In this document: piece by piece, positions 46,796-58,000 of the stretch
Layout: the number at the start of each line of letters is the position of its first letter
Position numbering within the stretch: the first letter of the stretch is position 1
NCBI GenBank assembly: GCA_040437565.1
Contig: JBDOQK010000034.1
Coordinates: forward strand, 248,001 to 312,000
DNA: 64,000 nucleotides
Source of the DNA: Albugo candida
Taxonomy: Eukaryota
Direction: 5' to 3'
Notes under the pieces: model-generated
What the model was told of the DNA's origin: nothing
What the model saw: the letters and a program-made list of their open reading frames with translations, nothing else
Database searches by the model: none
Position numbers and translations under genes: made by a program

Positions 46796-48816
46796 TTATT
46801 TGTGAGCTCTCTTTTTCTGCGAATACGCGATCGAACTTGTCCGTTTTTGAAAATTTCGCCGCTTCTGGAAAGGGTTTCCATTTTTGTTTCCTCTCAGCAA
46901 AAGCCGTGCGGGGATTCCTTCCATGTGGAATTCTTCCCGAAGCTGAGATAGGAAAAAGCGCTGGTAAGACTCAGGGATGAGGGACGGCAAATTGACAAAT
47001 AATGCGAAAGTGGGAGGACGAGCGCTGACTTGAGTAACATATTTGATGTTAGGACGCTTTCCTTTCGAGCTTGGTGGAGGATGATGACGCGATATCGCCT
47101 TGAACCACCTGTTCAATCTAGCTGTTGAGATTCTTTTATTCCATTTTTCATAAACGTTGATACTGTCACACCATGGAAATTCAGGTCAACTACGTCGAAT
47201 TGATCAGGTATCGATAGATGCACTTACATCTCAGGTATGATTTTCCTGGTACCATGGCCGGTCAAAGCAGACGTTGGAAGTACAGTTACACCTCGGACCT
47301 GTGCTAATGAATCCTCCAGCTGCTGTCGCACGCGGTTCAATTCATACTCGTATGATGTGGTCACCAAATCACACTTGTTGGCAATTATAACAAGGCTGCG
47401 ACCTTGTTCGATCACTCGTTGGGCAATTGTTAGGTCCATGTGGGTAAGCTTTTTTTCGCAAAGATCGGTCACAACAGCAACAACTTGTGCTTTGTCAATT
47501 GCATCAAATGAGTCGCGAACTGAGAGGTCCTCGATTTTATTTGAGTGATCGCGCTGCGTGATTCAGGAATCGAGTTGATATCTTACACTTCTATTTGGGT
47601 AATATCATGGATTCTTTACCTTGCCGTGGCGCCTTATTCCAGCCGTGTCGATTAGTTTGATTTCGTGCGCACCGAATGTCCATGGAACTTCGACAGAGTC
47701 ACGTGTCACGCCTGGCCTATACTTTCATTGACTTTAAACGTTGAAATCAAGAATATGAGCAGTGCGTCACGTTACTCTGGGCCTGTTAACACACGATCCT
47801 CGCGAATGATTCGATTTAGTAGGGTTGACTGCGAAAGATAGACATGTCAGAAGCGGGCCAACTACTGCTTGTAAATTATCAAATTTCCATACCTTCCCGA
47901 CGTTTGGACGACCGACAATGGCAAGTTTTATCTTATGTGACTGTCAATCATCGAGATGAATTTGTAAGAATCAAAAAGATTGGAGAAAGCCTTACTTCTT
48001 CGTCAATTTTGTTATCCTCCACGTCTATTTGTTGTGTATCTTGATCTTTCGTCTCAAATCGATCGTAGGCAGGGATCAACGCATCTAATAGCAACGACAA
48101 TCCTTCACCATGCTCTGCAGAAATTGGAATAGCCTCGCCCATGCCGAGCTGATAGCATTCGTTATGAGCATCTTGCCAACGATCAGGATAACCCTCCAGT
48201 TTATTTGCCACGAGATGGATTGGTGCAGTCGGATTCTCTTTCCTTAACCATCTAGCGAAATATGAATCGACCGGAGTCACTCCTTGGCGTCCATCCATCA
48301 AGAAGAAAATTAGGTCGGCTTCATGCACTGCTATTTGAGTTTGCGAAAGCATGCCTTCTTCAAGACTTATCAAAGCAAAGTAATTTAGCGACGAATGATT
48401 TACGCAATGTGGGTGTACCTTCCGGACGGTGCATCTTCGAGTCCTCCAGTATCAATGACCTCAAATTCTAGACCAGCTACACGAGCCTAAAGTAGTGCTT
48501 TGTGTGACATTGGCTTTGCAGAAGAACATATTCATACCGGAGCGAACCGACGATCTCTAGTCGTGCCTGGTACATCATGAACAATTGCTCTCCGGCTTTT
48601 TGTGAGTCTATTAAACAGTGTTGATTTGCCCACGTTCGTGCGACCAACCAATGCCAATCGAAATCGATCCGAGCTCGCTTCACGCACAGGAGCTCTCTTT
48701 CGAAGATAAGAAACCTTGCTGAAAGCACGAAATTGGTGATGTATCCTATTTAGTTCTGAAGTATGGAGAAATAAAGGTATATTGTTGCGGATAAATCGAT
48801 GTCGACCCAGCATCAT
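46796..48816 (-). CDS. der: Ribosome-biogenesis double GTPase Der/EngA (organellar), multi-exon
   Basis: [37 protein letters not shown]; second G domain GRPNVGK/PGVTRDS/DTAG/ANKCD/SALTG; KH-like C-terminus [13 protein letters not shown]...YQRF. Confidence 0.92.
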
Positions 48817-49015
48817 GGTTGCCAAGCAAAAAAGCAAAGTGTCCTATNNNNNNNNNNNNNNNNNNNNNNNNNNNNNNNNNNNNNNNNNNNNNNNNNNNNN
48901 NNNNNNNNNNNNNNNNNNNNNNNNNNNNNNNNNNNNNNNNNNNNNNNACCCAGCATCATGGTTGCCAAGCAAAAAAGCAAAGTGTCCTATTGGATGTAAT
49001 TTGGCATGTAATAGC

Positions 49016-49857
49016 TTAACGCTTAAATGCTTGCCATAAATGCTCAAATTGACCTTGAAAACGCTCTGATTGCGCATGAAAAAAAATATAAGTACGAAGG
49101 TATAGTACAAAATACGCGCAATATTAGCATGCCTACGATGACACCGCGGTGTATGACCAGATTTTCGTTATTACCAAGCACTGCTTGACGACTCCAGTTG
49201 AATGATCCTAGACATTACCCAGTTTCAATCACCGAGCTGTAAGAAATCTATGTTACCATTGAGGAGGATTTTCCCGTCGATGATACAAAACTAGAAAAGT
49301 GGAACTTTACTAATTCCGTTTAACGATACATTGTCACTTCTTATTGTACCTTGTGATGCATGTGTGTGCTTGCGTTGTCATCACGCACTTGTATGCCCTG
49401 CAGCACAAATATCAACCAAAGTCCATAAAGGAGGAAATAGGTCAAAGATATCTCACTGCAGAGATGAATTTCTCCACGTCAGAACCAAGCGAAGTTGCCT
49501 GGCGATCATCTGTGATAACTCGTACACGAAGTCCTCGTTTATGAGCTGCTATCACTTCGTCGGCAATCTAGATGATGGATCGCTAACCACCAACTCTTGA
49601 AAAAAATGCAAACGCCTTACCTCATTGCATGTGATAGTAAAGACACATATGTCGAGACAATGCTTTGCGTTTTGCAGGTAACGAACGAGTTTCACAAGAG
49701 AAGTTGTGGTATGAATCATCTTGCAGCGTTTAGATGTGCAAGTTTCGTTTTTAAAAACTGATCGACATGGCAATTTTGGGTCCGGAAAAAACAAAACATC
49801 AATGAAAGAACTTTCAGAGACTTGAGATTCACTCGCAACCCCGAGGCAATTTCCCAT
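49016..49857 (-). CDS. PLD6: Single-HKD phospholipase D / nuclease (PLD6/MitoPLD/Zucchini family), multi-exon
   Basis: Spliced exons give VLFFPD..LPC...C...C...H, LDICVFTITCNEIADEVIAAHKRGLRVRVITD, THMHHKFCIID, NGSFNWSRQAVLGNNENL. Confidence 0.85.
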
Positions 49858-50366
49858 TACTGTATTACAATTTCCTTGTGTCTTGACGCGAAATAACCCT
49901 AAGTACAGTATAATAGCACCATGCCTTTACGCTGCTTGCCATGTATTACCATATCGCAATTTGAAGTCAAGCTAAAGTATAGTTTGACCTTCAGACTGGT
50001 TCCATCGGCGATTCAAATTCTGCTATTTGAATGAAGTAGATCAGCTGGGAGCAGTCAACTCTGACCTATAACTTTAAATGGCATGAGGCATGTCCGGTTA
50101 TGCTTTTTCACGCTTCGTTTGGATAATGTCGAAGAAATTGAAGCCAAAGGTACGATAGTCACCTTTGACCAAACCATCCTCTCTGATTGTGACTTGCAAT
50201 CCTGATTAGCATGTCTTGGGACCACATAACAGCCCTACTTTTGGTCAAGGCGGAATCTTTGTAATCCGAGATGGATTGGAAGAGTAGCACTTTTACACAA
50301 AACAAAAATTACTGCTTAAGGAGCTTGAAAAATTTGAAACGAGGGAAGACCCGTACATGCCTTACA

Positions 50367-51303
50367 TTATCTTCTATCGCAATTCTTACCAGCAGGAAAA
50401 TTTATAACCATTGCTGGAGAGCAAAACCCAACGGATATCGGAAAAATGTCTGGGAAGTGGACACCATCTCCCCATTTGCCACCCTTTAATTTGCCCTCAC
50501 CGGAAACAAACGAGAACCACCCTCGAAGATGAGGAGTGACTGAGATATAATTTTCAGTGATTTGTACATCCTCTGTGTTAGACAGAGGTGGATGGACGAG
50601 CTCCACGTTTAGCGGTATGTATTTGGAATCGACAGGCAATGAAATAAAAGCCAGCTTCCGCTTTAGACTCACAGAAAAAAAAGGAGTTTTTCCTTTCATT
50701 GACGAAACCTCCACACGATTACACAGCTGTGATGAACGATCGCGAGCGCTGAAGAACCGGAACCTCGCTAGCTGCTTCGGTATTCCCCAGTTAGCTCGCC
50801 CGCTCTGAACGGAAGTTCTTGTTGACACATATATTCGTGTGATTCCAAACCTGCTCTTATTTCCATGAAAGGGTACGGTGAATTTGCCGGGACAGAAAAT
50901 CAGCTCGTCATAAGGCCCTATAAACTTCCTTTGGTCGTATCAGTACCCTGCTGATGAAGCTATTCTTACCGCAAGGAGTTTCCAAGTAACGAATAATCAT
51001 AACCGTACCAATGCCACCTACGTAGCACCTATCTTGCGAGTGGCCCGTCGATGTTGAGCCGAGTGGATCCGACCAAGAAGACGGAATGCTGTGGGATCTT
51101 GTGTAAGTCAAAAATATAAAGCATTCTGCTTTCATGTCATTCCATGGCGGTGGGTACAAATCGGAATCGACATTTTTATTCATCTCAAGTGGTCGTACGG
51201 GAGTGTCAGTGTCTATGGATGCAAAAGACGTCCGTATATGATTATCTTCGTACAAAGATCGATCGCTAATAATAAACTTTGGTTGGCAGGTACCGGTCGT
51301 CAA
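50367..51303 (-). CDS. Acetoacetate-decarboxylase-like (Adc) superfamily protein, 2 exons
   Basis: YPPPW...GGIGTVMIIRYLETPCG/PYDELIFCPG...ITRIYVST..SVQSGRANWGIPKQLARF; intron 50918-50969; start codon uncertain. Confidence 0.8.
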
Positions 51304-51889
51304 GCAACCACACTCTAGCTATGGGGGCTAACATCGTACCCAGTCTATGCTTAGTGGATATAACAGTCTGCCAAGCGGATTGGAACCATGGTCGTACAAG
51401 CACATTGTGATTATAATAGATACAGCATAGATCCAACTTGCTCAACCTTATACATTCAATGCGCAATGAAAGAGTTTTTTTCAAGCACTTGGTTATCAGA
51501 CGATCAACAACTGTTTGCGATCAATATTGATGATCTTGATCAGGTTAATTATCGAGATGAAGACCATCAATGTGAGGCAGACACAATACAGTGGGTATTA
51601 ACACAAATGTCAACGAGCTTGAACGGATGCCATGAAACCTAGTGCTCATAATATTTTGCTGTTCAAGAAATAAGGCTCTCAGTACTATATCAAGCTAAAA
51701 GGCCGCACGAAAGCCTCACTGTTCACCGAAGGAAAGTTTGAGTGAATGGTAACGTTTTGCTGTATAATAACTAACGGCATGTTCACAACCGGATTGTTTG
51801 GCCGTAGCGATATGTTGCTTGTAGTCACGTGCTCAAAACTTGAACTTTACGCTGCAAATGTGAGCAAGATCGCGATCATAATGAAAGAA

Positions 51890-52853
51890 CTGGCTGTAAT
51901 ACACTACACGGTATTCATTTTCATTGTTGGCGTGAAGCCGTGACCATAAATTGGGTCGTTCGGGCGTTGATAGCGACGAGGAAGAGCTAGTTTCCATCCT
52001 CTACGGATGTGCTTTAGTAGCAACCGATGGAAATGTTTCCACCTCCTCCATCTACATCACCGGAACGCGTCTCGACCGTCAGAATCGATGACCTGCAGCA
52101 ATCATGTCATACATAGCACTGGTTCCTCTACTAAATCATTGCGGGTAACATGATTTGAAAGGAGCTCGCGGATGCTATCAAGTTACATAAATGTCTTGAC
52201 ACTGGTAAGAATACGACCTAAAGATAATGCATTCGTTCAACCATTAGCCAATAATCTAGACACAAGAAAGGATTGCATACAACGAGCTATAGCATGTATA
52301 TTTTTGTCTACAATTCTGCGCAATTAGAACTTACATAATTGGAACTTTTCTTTGTCAAGCACTCTCTGCTATGTATGCAACGCTTAAGGCTTCCCGAAAT
52401 GCTCCTTTTTCGAGTGCTTTTCTATTGTGTTCAAGAAAGACAACTGCTGTTCAAATTGACTTGCACTCAAGCTTGTTTACTGTAAGCACATACATTATAT
52501 TTCCAATTCACCTTGCCTTCAGGCGTCGACTACTACTCGCTACTGAGTGCCCCCTCGAAGTATAAAATGATCCGTTCGTCTTTTGAGGCAACAAATAATA
52601 CAATTTCTGGTAGATGCTCCCGGGAAATGTGCTTTATCGCGATTGTATGGATTGAGGTCGCTTTCTCGTCAGCCAACTTGTGATCTCCTTTAGCGTATCG
52701 GTTGACGAGTTGCTCCATTATCTCCTGTTTTCTGACTGCACTCATCCGGTTACCTATCAATGCATACCATGTGTGAAGCAAATTTTGTAGATGGCGATTA
52801 CGGATGTAATAATCAGGTACACGGATTGTCAAAAAGTTACTTGGACATTGTCA
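51890..52853 (-). CDS. Probable multi-exon hypothetical protein
   Basis: ORF 52533-52832 plus several minus-strand GT..AG-bounded segments; no recognisable motif and boundaries approximate. Confidence 0.3.
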
Positions 52854-53037
52854 TGCCGACTAGGTTCTTCAGTATACTAAAGTTCTCTAGCTACCAAAAC
52901 CACAATAGTGAGACAATCTGTTGATACCAGGCATTTATTCTTGAGTATGGGTTATTGATGCGATTTCTTCTGATTAATCGTATAGATGAGGGATACGTGC
53001 ACAGCTTATTTCAATTGAATACTTCATTTGGATTCAG

Positions 53038-53512
53038 ACGTCAGAACCCAAGAGACTACAAGTTTGAATCCTTACAGAATGAAGTGAACTCATTAACAGG
53101 TTTTGCTTAGTCAAATGAAAGGAGTGTTTATCTAGAACTATTGGATGAGGCACATGCATGGATTTCGGATGAAGATTGAAAACGTTTTTGACAAGATGTA
53201 ATGTGCTACTGAGTTAGCAGGCAGTTATTGTGAAAGTGAAGAACTCACTGTGTAGAGGCAGGCGTTGCTGAGCTGATCCTAGTTGGCATGGAACAAATAG
53301 AAATAGTCGCCCAGAGAATGGAATCAATTAGTGCTGATGCTTGCGCAGGCTTCCATAACATAGGTATGTCTGTATCTCATCGATGGGATTTCCGATTTGC
53401 TAAAATTGCTTCGATAGGGCAAATCTCTACTGACGTCGATCAGCGCTCCGAAAATCTGAATGTGCTTTCGCACAGAATTTGCCATTCTTCCTCGCGAGAA
53501 ACAGCAACCTAG
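53038..53512 (+). CDS. Probable short multi-exon hypothetical protein
   Basis: Plus-strand splice-compatible segments ending in ...HRICHSSSRETAT*; no homology recognised. Confidence 0.25.
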
Positions 53513-53729
53513 CAGTGTGAGACTAGCGATATTTATGCAAATCTAATGATGGTCAATTCCATTTGGATTGAGTGAAGACAGCTAATATCGCATAGTTCGA
53601 GTCCCGCAAATACGTATTGTCGAATAAAAAAGCGATGGTAGCTATTGACGCGCAATAGAACCATTTCCACCTCCTTCATCTAGCGTCAAAATTTGTGCAA
53701 GTTCTAGCAAATTTTGAATTTGGGTGTGT

Positions 53730-55018
53730 TCATGAATCATCACCGAAATCTTCGTCTTTAGGATCCTATTGAGAAGACACGATCATAGCTGGTCGAGTGA
53801 CACTGAACTAAGAAAACTTTACCCTTGGTTCTAAATCCTCTCCATAATTGATCGCATGGTCCACATGCATCAAAACATTCGCAATACTTTCTTCCTTCGT
53901 GATATTCATTGGAACAAATGCAACCATGCTGTAATCATTTATCTATGCACGTGATGTATCTTCAAGACTTTGTTTGAGTATATGGGAATGACAAACCTTA
54001 CCACATTGCAAATGGCCGTATTCAATGACCGCCATTTCGTACTTGTATTGCTTACCAGTGTCTCGATAAGAAGCTCGGAGGATGGATCCAAGTATCTAAT
54101 TATATGAATGAAGTATGTTCGCTTTTAGTTTTTCTGTATGATCATGAAGTACTTGCGTACTTTTCAAGCTCTTTTTCGTCCACCAGGTCACACTTGGTAA
54201 GGACATTAATGTGAGGTAATTCGAGCTGAATCATCGCTGACAGCGAACAAAGGACACCAGATATGAATTTGTTGATATCCGAAATAAATAGTGAATCGAT
54301 CTGGCAGAACAACCGGTCATGTGATTTCTTAGCTTAAAGAAATAGTTTCTCACCAGATAGACCCCACAAATGGCAAAACCCCAGCAATGAAGCGCCTCGC
54401 AGAGATTTTTCATTACTGGTAGATGAGAATACAATTCGATTTGCCCTAATAAAAAAATATTGAGTAAGACTGATATAAATTGTGCATAGTGAACCTATGC
54501 AACAAGAGCGGTACCTGGGCAATCAAATATGAAGTAGTCATCATCATTGTATTCTGTCAAAAGATTCTCCAGCCAGTCCAAATTTTGAACCAAATATCTA
54601 ACGGTGTGAAATCATCAATGGGAAATCACCAAGTTAAAAAATTGCAGCATACTCCATGCAGTAAACGAGTCCTCCATTCGGTCCATACCCAAGCTCTTCC
54701 ATCACGTCTTCCACACTGATTAAATCTCGTATATCTAATTCACAAAAAGAACCATAAGCTATCCAAGATAGCATCAAGGAGATTCTAACTGACCAAATGC
54801 GACGGGATACTCAAACTGCTCAGCAGCAGGGTCCAAATTGACAACATAAGTCATTCGACCAGACGCAGCGCAAAACTCTTGTATATTATTACAATATGTG
54901 GACTGAAAGAGATAGAAATACGTAATCAGTGATCGGTACAAGCCTCCTCTTGACATGCTGCTTATCTAAATACTTTTCCGGTTCCAGCAGGACCCATAAC
55001 CAATTGACAACACCGCAT
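53730..55018 (-). CDS. GPN3: GPN-loop GTPase 3, many short exons
   Basis: [19 protein letters not shown]...[66 protein letters not shown]; acidic end [10 protein letters not shown]. Confidence 0.92.
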
Positions 55019-55071
55019 GACTTCAGGTATAATGTGATCCTTTTAAAAGCCCCTTTTGTAGAGTCGATGAG

Positions 55072-58000
55072 ATGAGTTCACTGTCAGTGTCGGCTGATGT
55101 TATTGAGGCTTATGCGGACTCAGCATGGTGACGTCACTCTCAATGCTCTGATTGACGAACTGAATGCAAACAATTATCTCTTGTAGGAAGAGCGGACTTT
55201 TGAAGGAGTCACTGACATGTTACAAGCGCATTGCTTCTTTTCGCGATACAGTCACCACTCGTCATATCCACTTTAAACTCGGAATGCTATACTTACTGAT
55301 AGAGGAGTATGGGAGTGCTTACAAAGAGCTCTACCAAGAGGTGAACGAGAGTTATGGCATTATCCAAGAGGAGAATGAGTCTTTAGTAGGTTCTGGCTCA
55401 GATAGTAGTGTATACCTGGAGAACAGAATGCAAGAAGCAGCTATCAAAGCTTGTGCGTTGAAGGAGCTGGAGGATATCAAGAAAAGATTTCCAAAACTGT
55501 TGAAGGAGAATCAAATTGATTTTGTTGGAAATGATACACACTGTATACGTGCAATCAATCTGACTGTAATGGCAGCAATGGCTTTTACCTATCGTCGATA
55601 TGGAATGCTTGATCGCACTGAAGAAGTGCTTTCGTGCTGTAAACAACAATTCAGCCTACTAAGCTCAGCTTATTATCTTGAGTTGGGCTTTCTATCACAT
55701 GCAAGAGGTGATCACTCTGCGGCAATTGCTGTATTCAATCAGGTTATGACTCATGAGACAAAAGACTCGGTACTCTTCAATAGAGCTATGATTGGTGCTG
55801 GACTATGTTCGTTGCATCAAGGTGCATTCGACGTTGCGGGTCAGGCCATACATGAGGCGATCCGTCAACTAAAGACTCTGTATGGAAAAGCAACATCGCC
55901 GACACGCGAGGTCATCAGTATATCCTTATTTGACGCGCTGTATCTCTTTGCAGGACTCCAAATGATATCACGGACGCTCAAGCCAGCAGTTGATGCTTTT
56001 ATGGAGCTTATCCAATTGAAGTATACAAGCAAAGAGCGGGAAAGATTCCGCGCACCTACTTTACTATCTGTAGCCGAAGATGGTAGATCACAATATTTTA
56101 CTCCACTCATGCTAAGAGAGGCAATTCGACATCTTAACGAGATAGAGACGCGCTATGGACCAGATGTATGCTTGTACCTCCATCGATCCAATCTTTATAG
56201 AGCTTTGGGTGATATTGAGCTTTCTGTCAGAGATATAGCACTCGTAGAGGCTATGGACTCAGAATATTTGGCAACATACCATCAGGCTGATTGTAGAAAA
56301 GAACTTTTTGACGTAAATACCATTTCTTGGATTCCTAAAGATCTGATATACGCACTAGATCATTCCATGAGGCAGGATGAGTATGTAATTCCTCGGCTGG
56401 TGGACACAATGCCAGGAGAAGACAAAAACCAATCGGTTACAGCGCAGGAAAATCAGCAAAATAAGCGCCATATCTTTAGTGAGGAATCAATTTATCGTTA
56501 TTTTGATGAGAGACTGCTTGAGGACGACTCTGACACCTATGCCGAAATATGTCGATTAGACATCATGCGACGAAGACCATTGCAACGAAAGACGACGAAG
56601 CCAAGTACTGATGCGGAAGATTTATTATGGGATGGAACAATTCTTGATCAGCCGTACTGCAGCGATGAAGCAGCGAATATTATGGAGGCACTTCATAGTT
56701 CATGTTCCAAACACGACAAAGATCCGTATATATGCATGCTTCTTGGAATACATGCACTTGAGATGCTTGATGCTTCATCTGCAAGTCACTATTTCACAAA
56801 AGCGCTGACATATCTTCAAGCAGAAAGTATTGAATCGATTAGTCCGCTCTTTTATGGCTGTGCTAATACTACCACCCGCATCTTTTTGTGGAAATTAGTG
56901 TTACCTCGAATGAGATACTATTGCTCTATTTGGCTATCACTTTCGCGAATGCTGAACAATGAGATTAAATCGGTGACGGATGAATTCAATGAATTTGATT
57001 CGGCGTATTTTTCGGATGGGAATAAAGATAACACTCTGCTGTTTGCCCAGATTTCCATAGCAAAACTCATGGACGGACCATTAAAATTTGCCTGCAAAAG
57101 TCTGAAAAAGTGCCAATCTTGTATCTCACAGATACAAAAAGATCGCCATGGAGATGCAAAACACGTGACGGCATATGAAATTACAGAAATCAAAGACATT
57201 TTCTCAAATGCAGGATTGAAGTCGTTTTGTTTGTTCCCATCAATTTCGAGGTCTGAATTTTATGAGAAGCTTACACACGAACGTTTCTCTCCTATTCAAA
57301 TGCTGGCTAAAATCGACATATACGCAAGTGAACGATTTCTGCGTCGTTTTTTAATACTTCACATCATTCAGCTGTACGAATGTAAAGAAAAGATTGACGC
57401 AGCTAAAGGAACCGGATACAGAAGGCGACCTGCCATTGTAGCAGCTCACAATGAAGAATCACATAGACTTGATCAAAAGTTTGATGAAGGCGTCCTTAAA
57501 CTGGCAAAGTTGGGGAATGTTACATCGGGCATTTCGATATTTGATTTGATTCTTTTTTCCAACAAAAATTATATCAGTGGAAGGAGCTTTTCCCGTTCGG
57601 ATTTCTCGCAAATTAAAGAGCACGAATCTCCAGATAGCAAATCACAAATGCATCACAATCGTTTGCTTGATCGATCCAAATGGTTGGAGCAGCAGGTGGG
57701 GTGGAAATTTGAAGCACTGGCGGATCTGAATCATTCGCTTTATCATTCACCACTAAATACAGACACATCATGGAGTAGGTTTCGCCTGTTTAAAAAAGTG
57801 GGTAATGCTACAGCCGGACTTGCTGATGCCAATTGCTGCTTGCAGCGATTCGGCTCACACATTGTTTGGAAAAACAAATTCAAGCCGGAATGCAGGAGAC
57901 CTGTTTTCGTCAACGATACCCAACGCGATCAATGGTTAAGATTGGTTTTCATCTGCGGGGAACTGAATGTGGAGCTGAAGAATTTTGGAGAAGCTGTTTC

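Noticed and set aside
53590-53610. GTTCGAGTCCC resembling a tRNA T-loop/B-box
   Set aside because: No T-stem pairing or cloverleaf in the flanks
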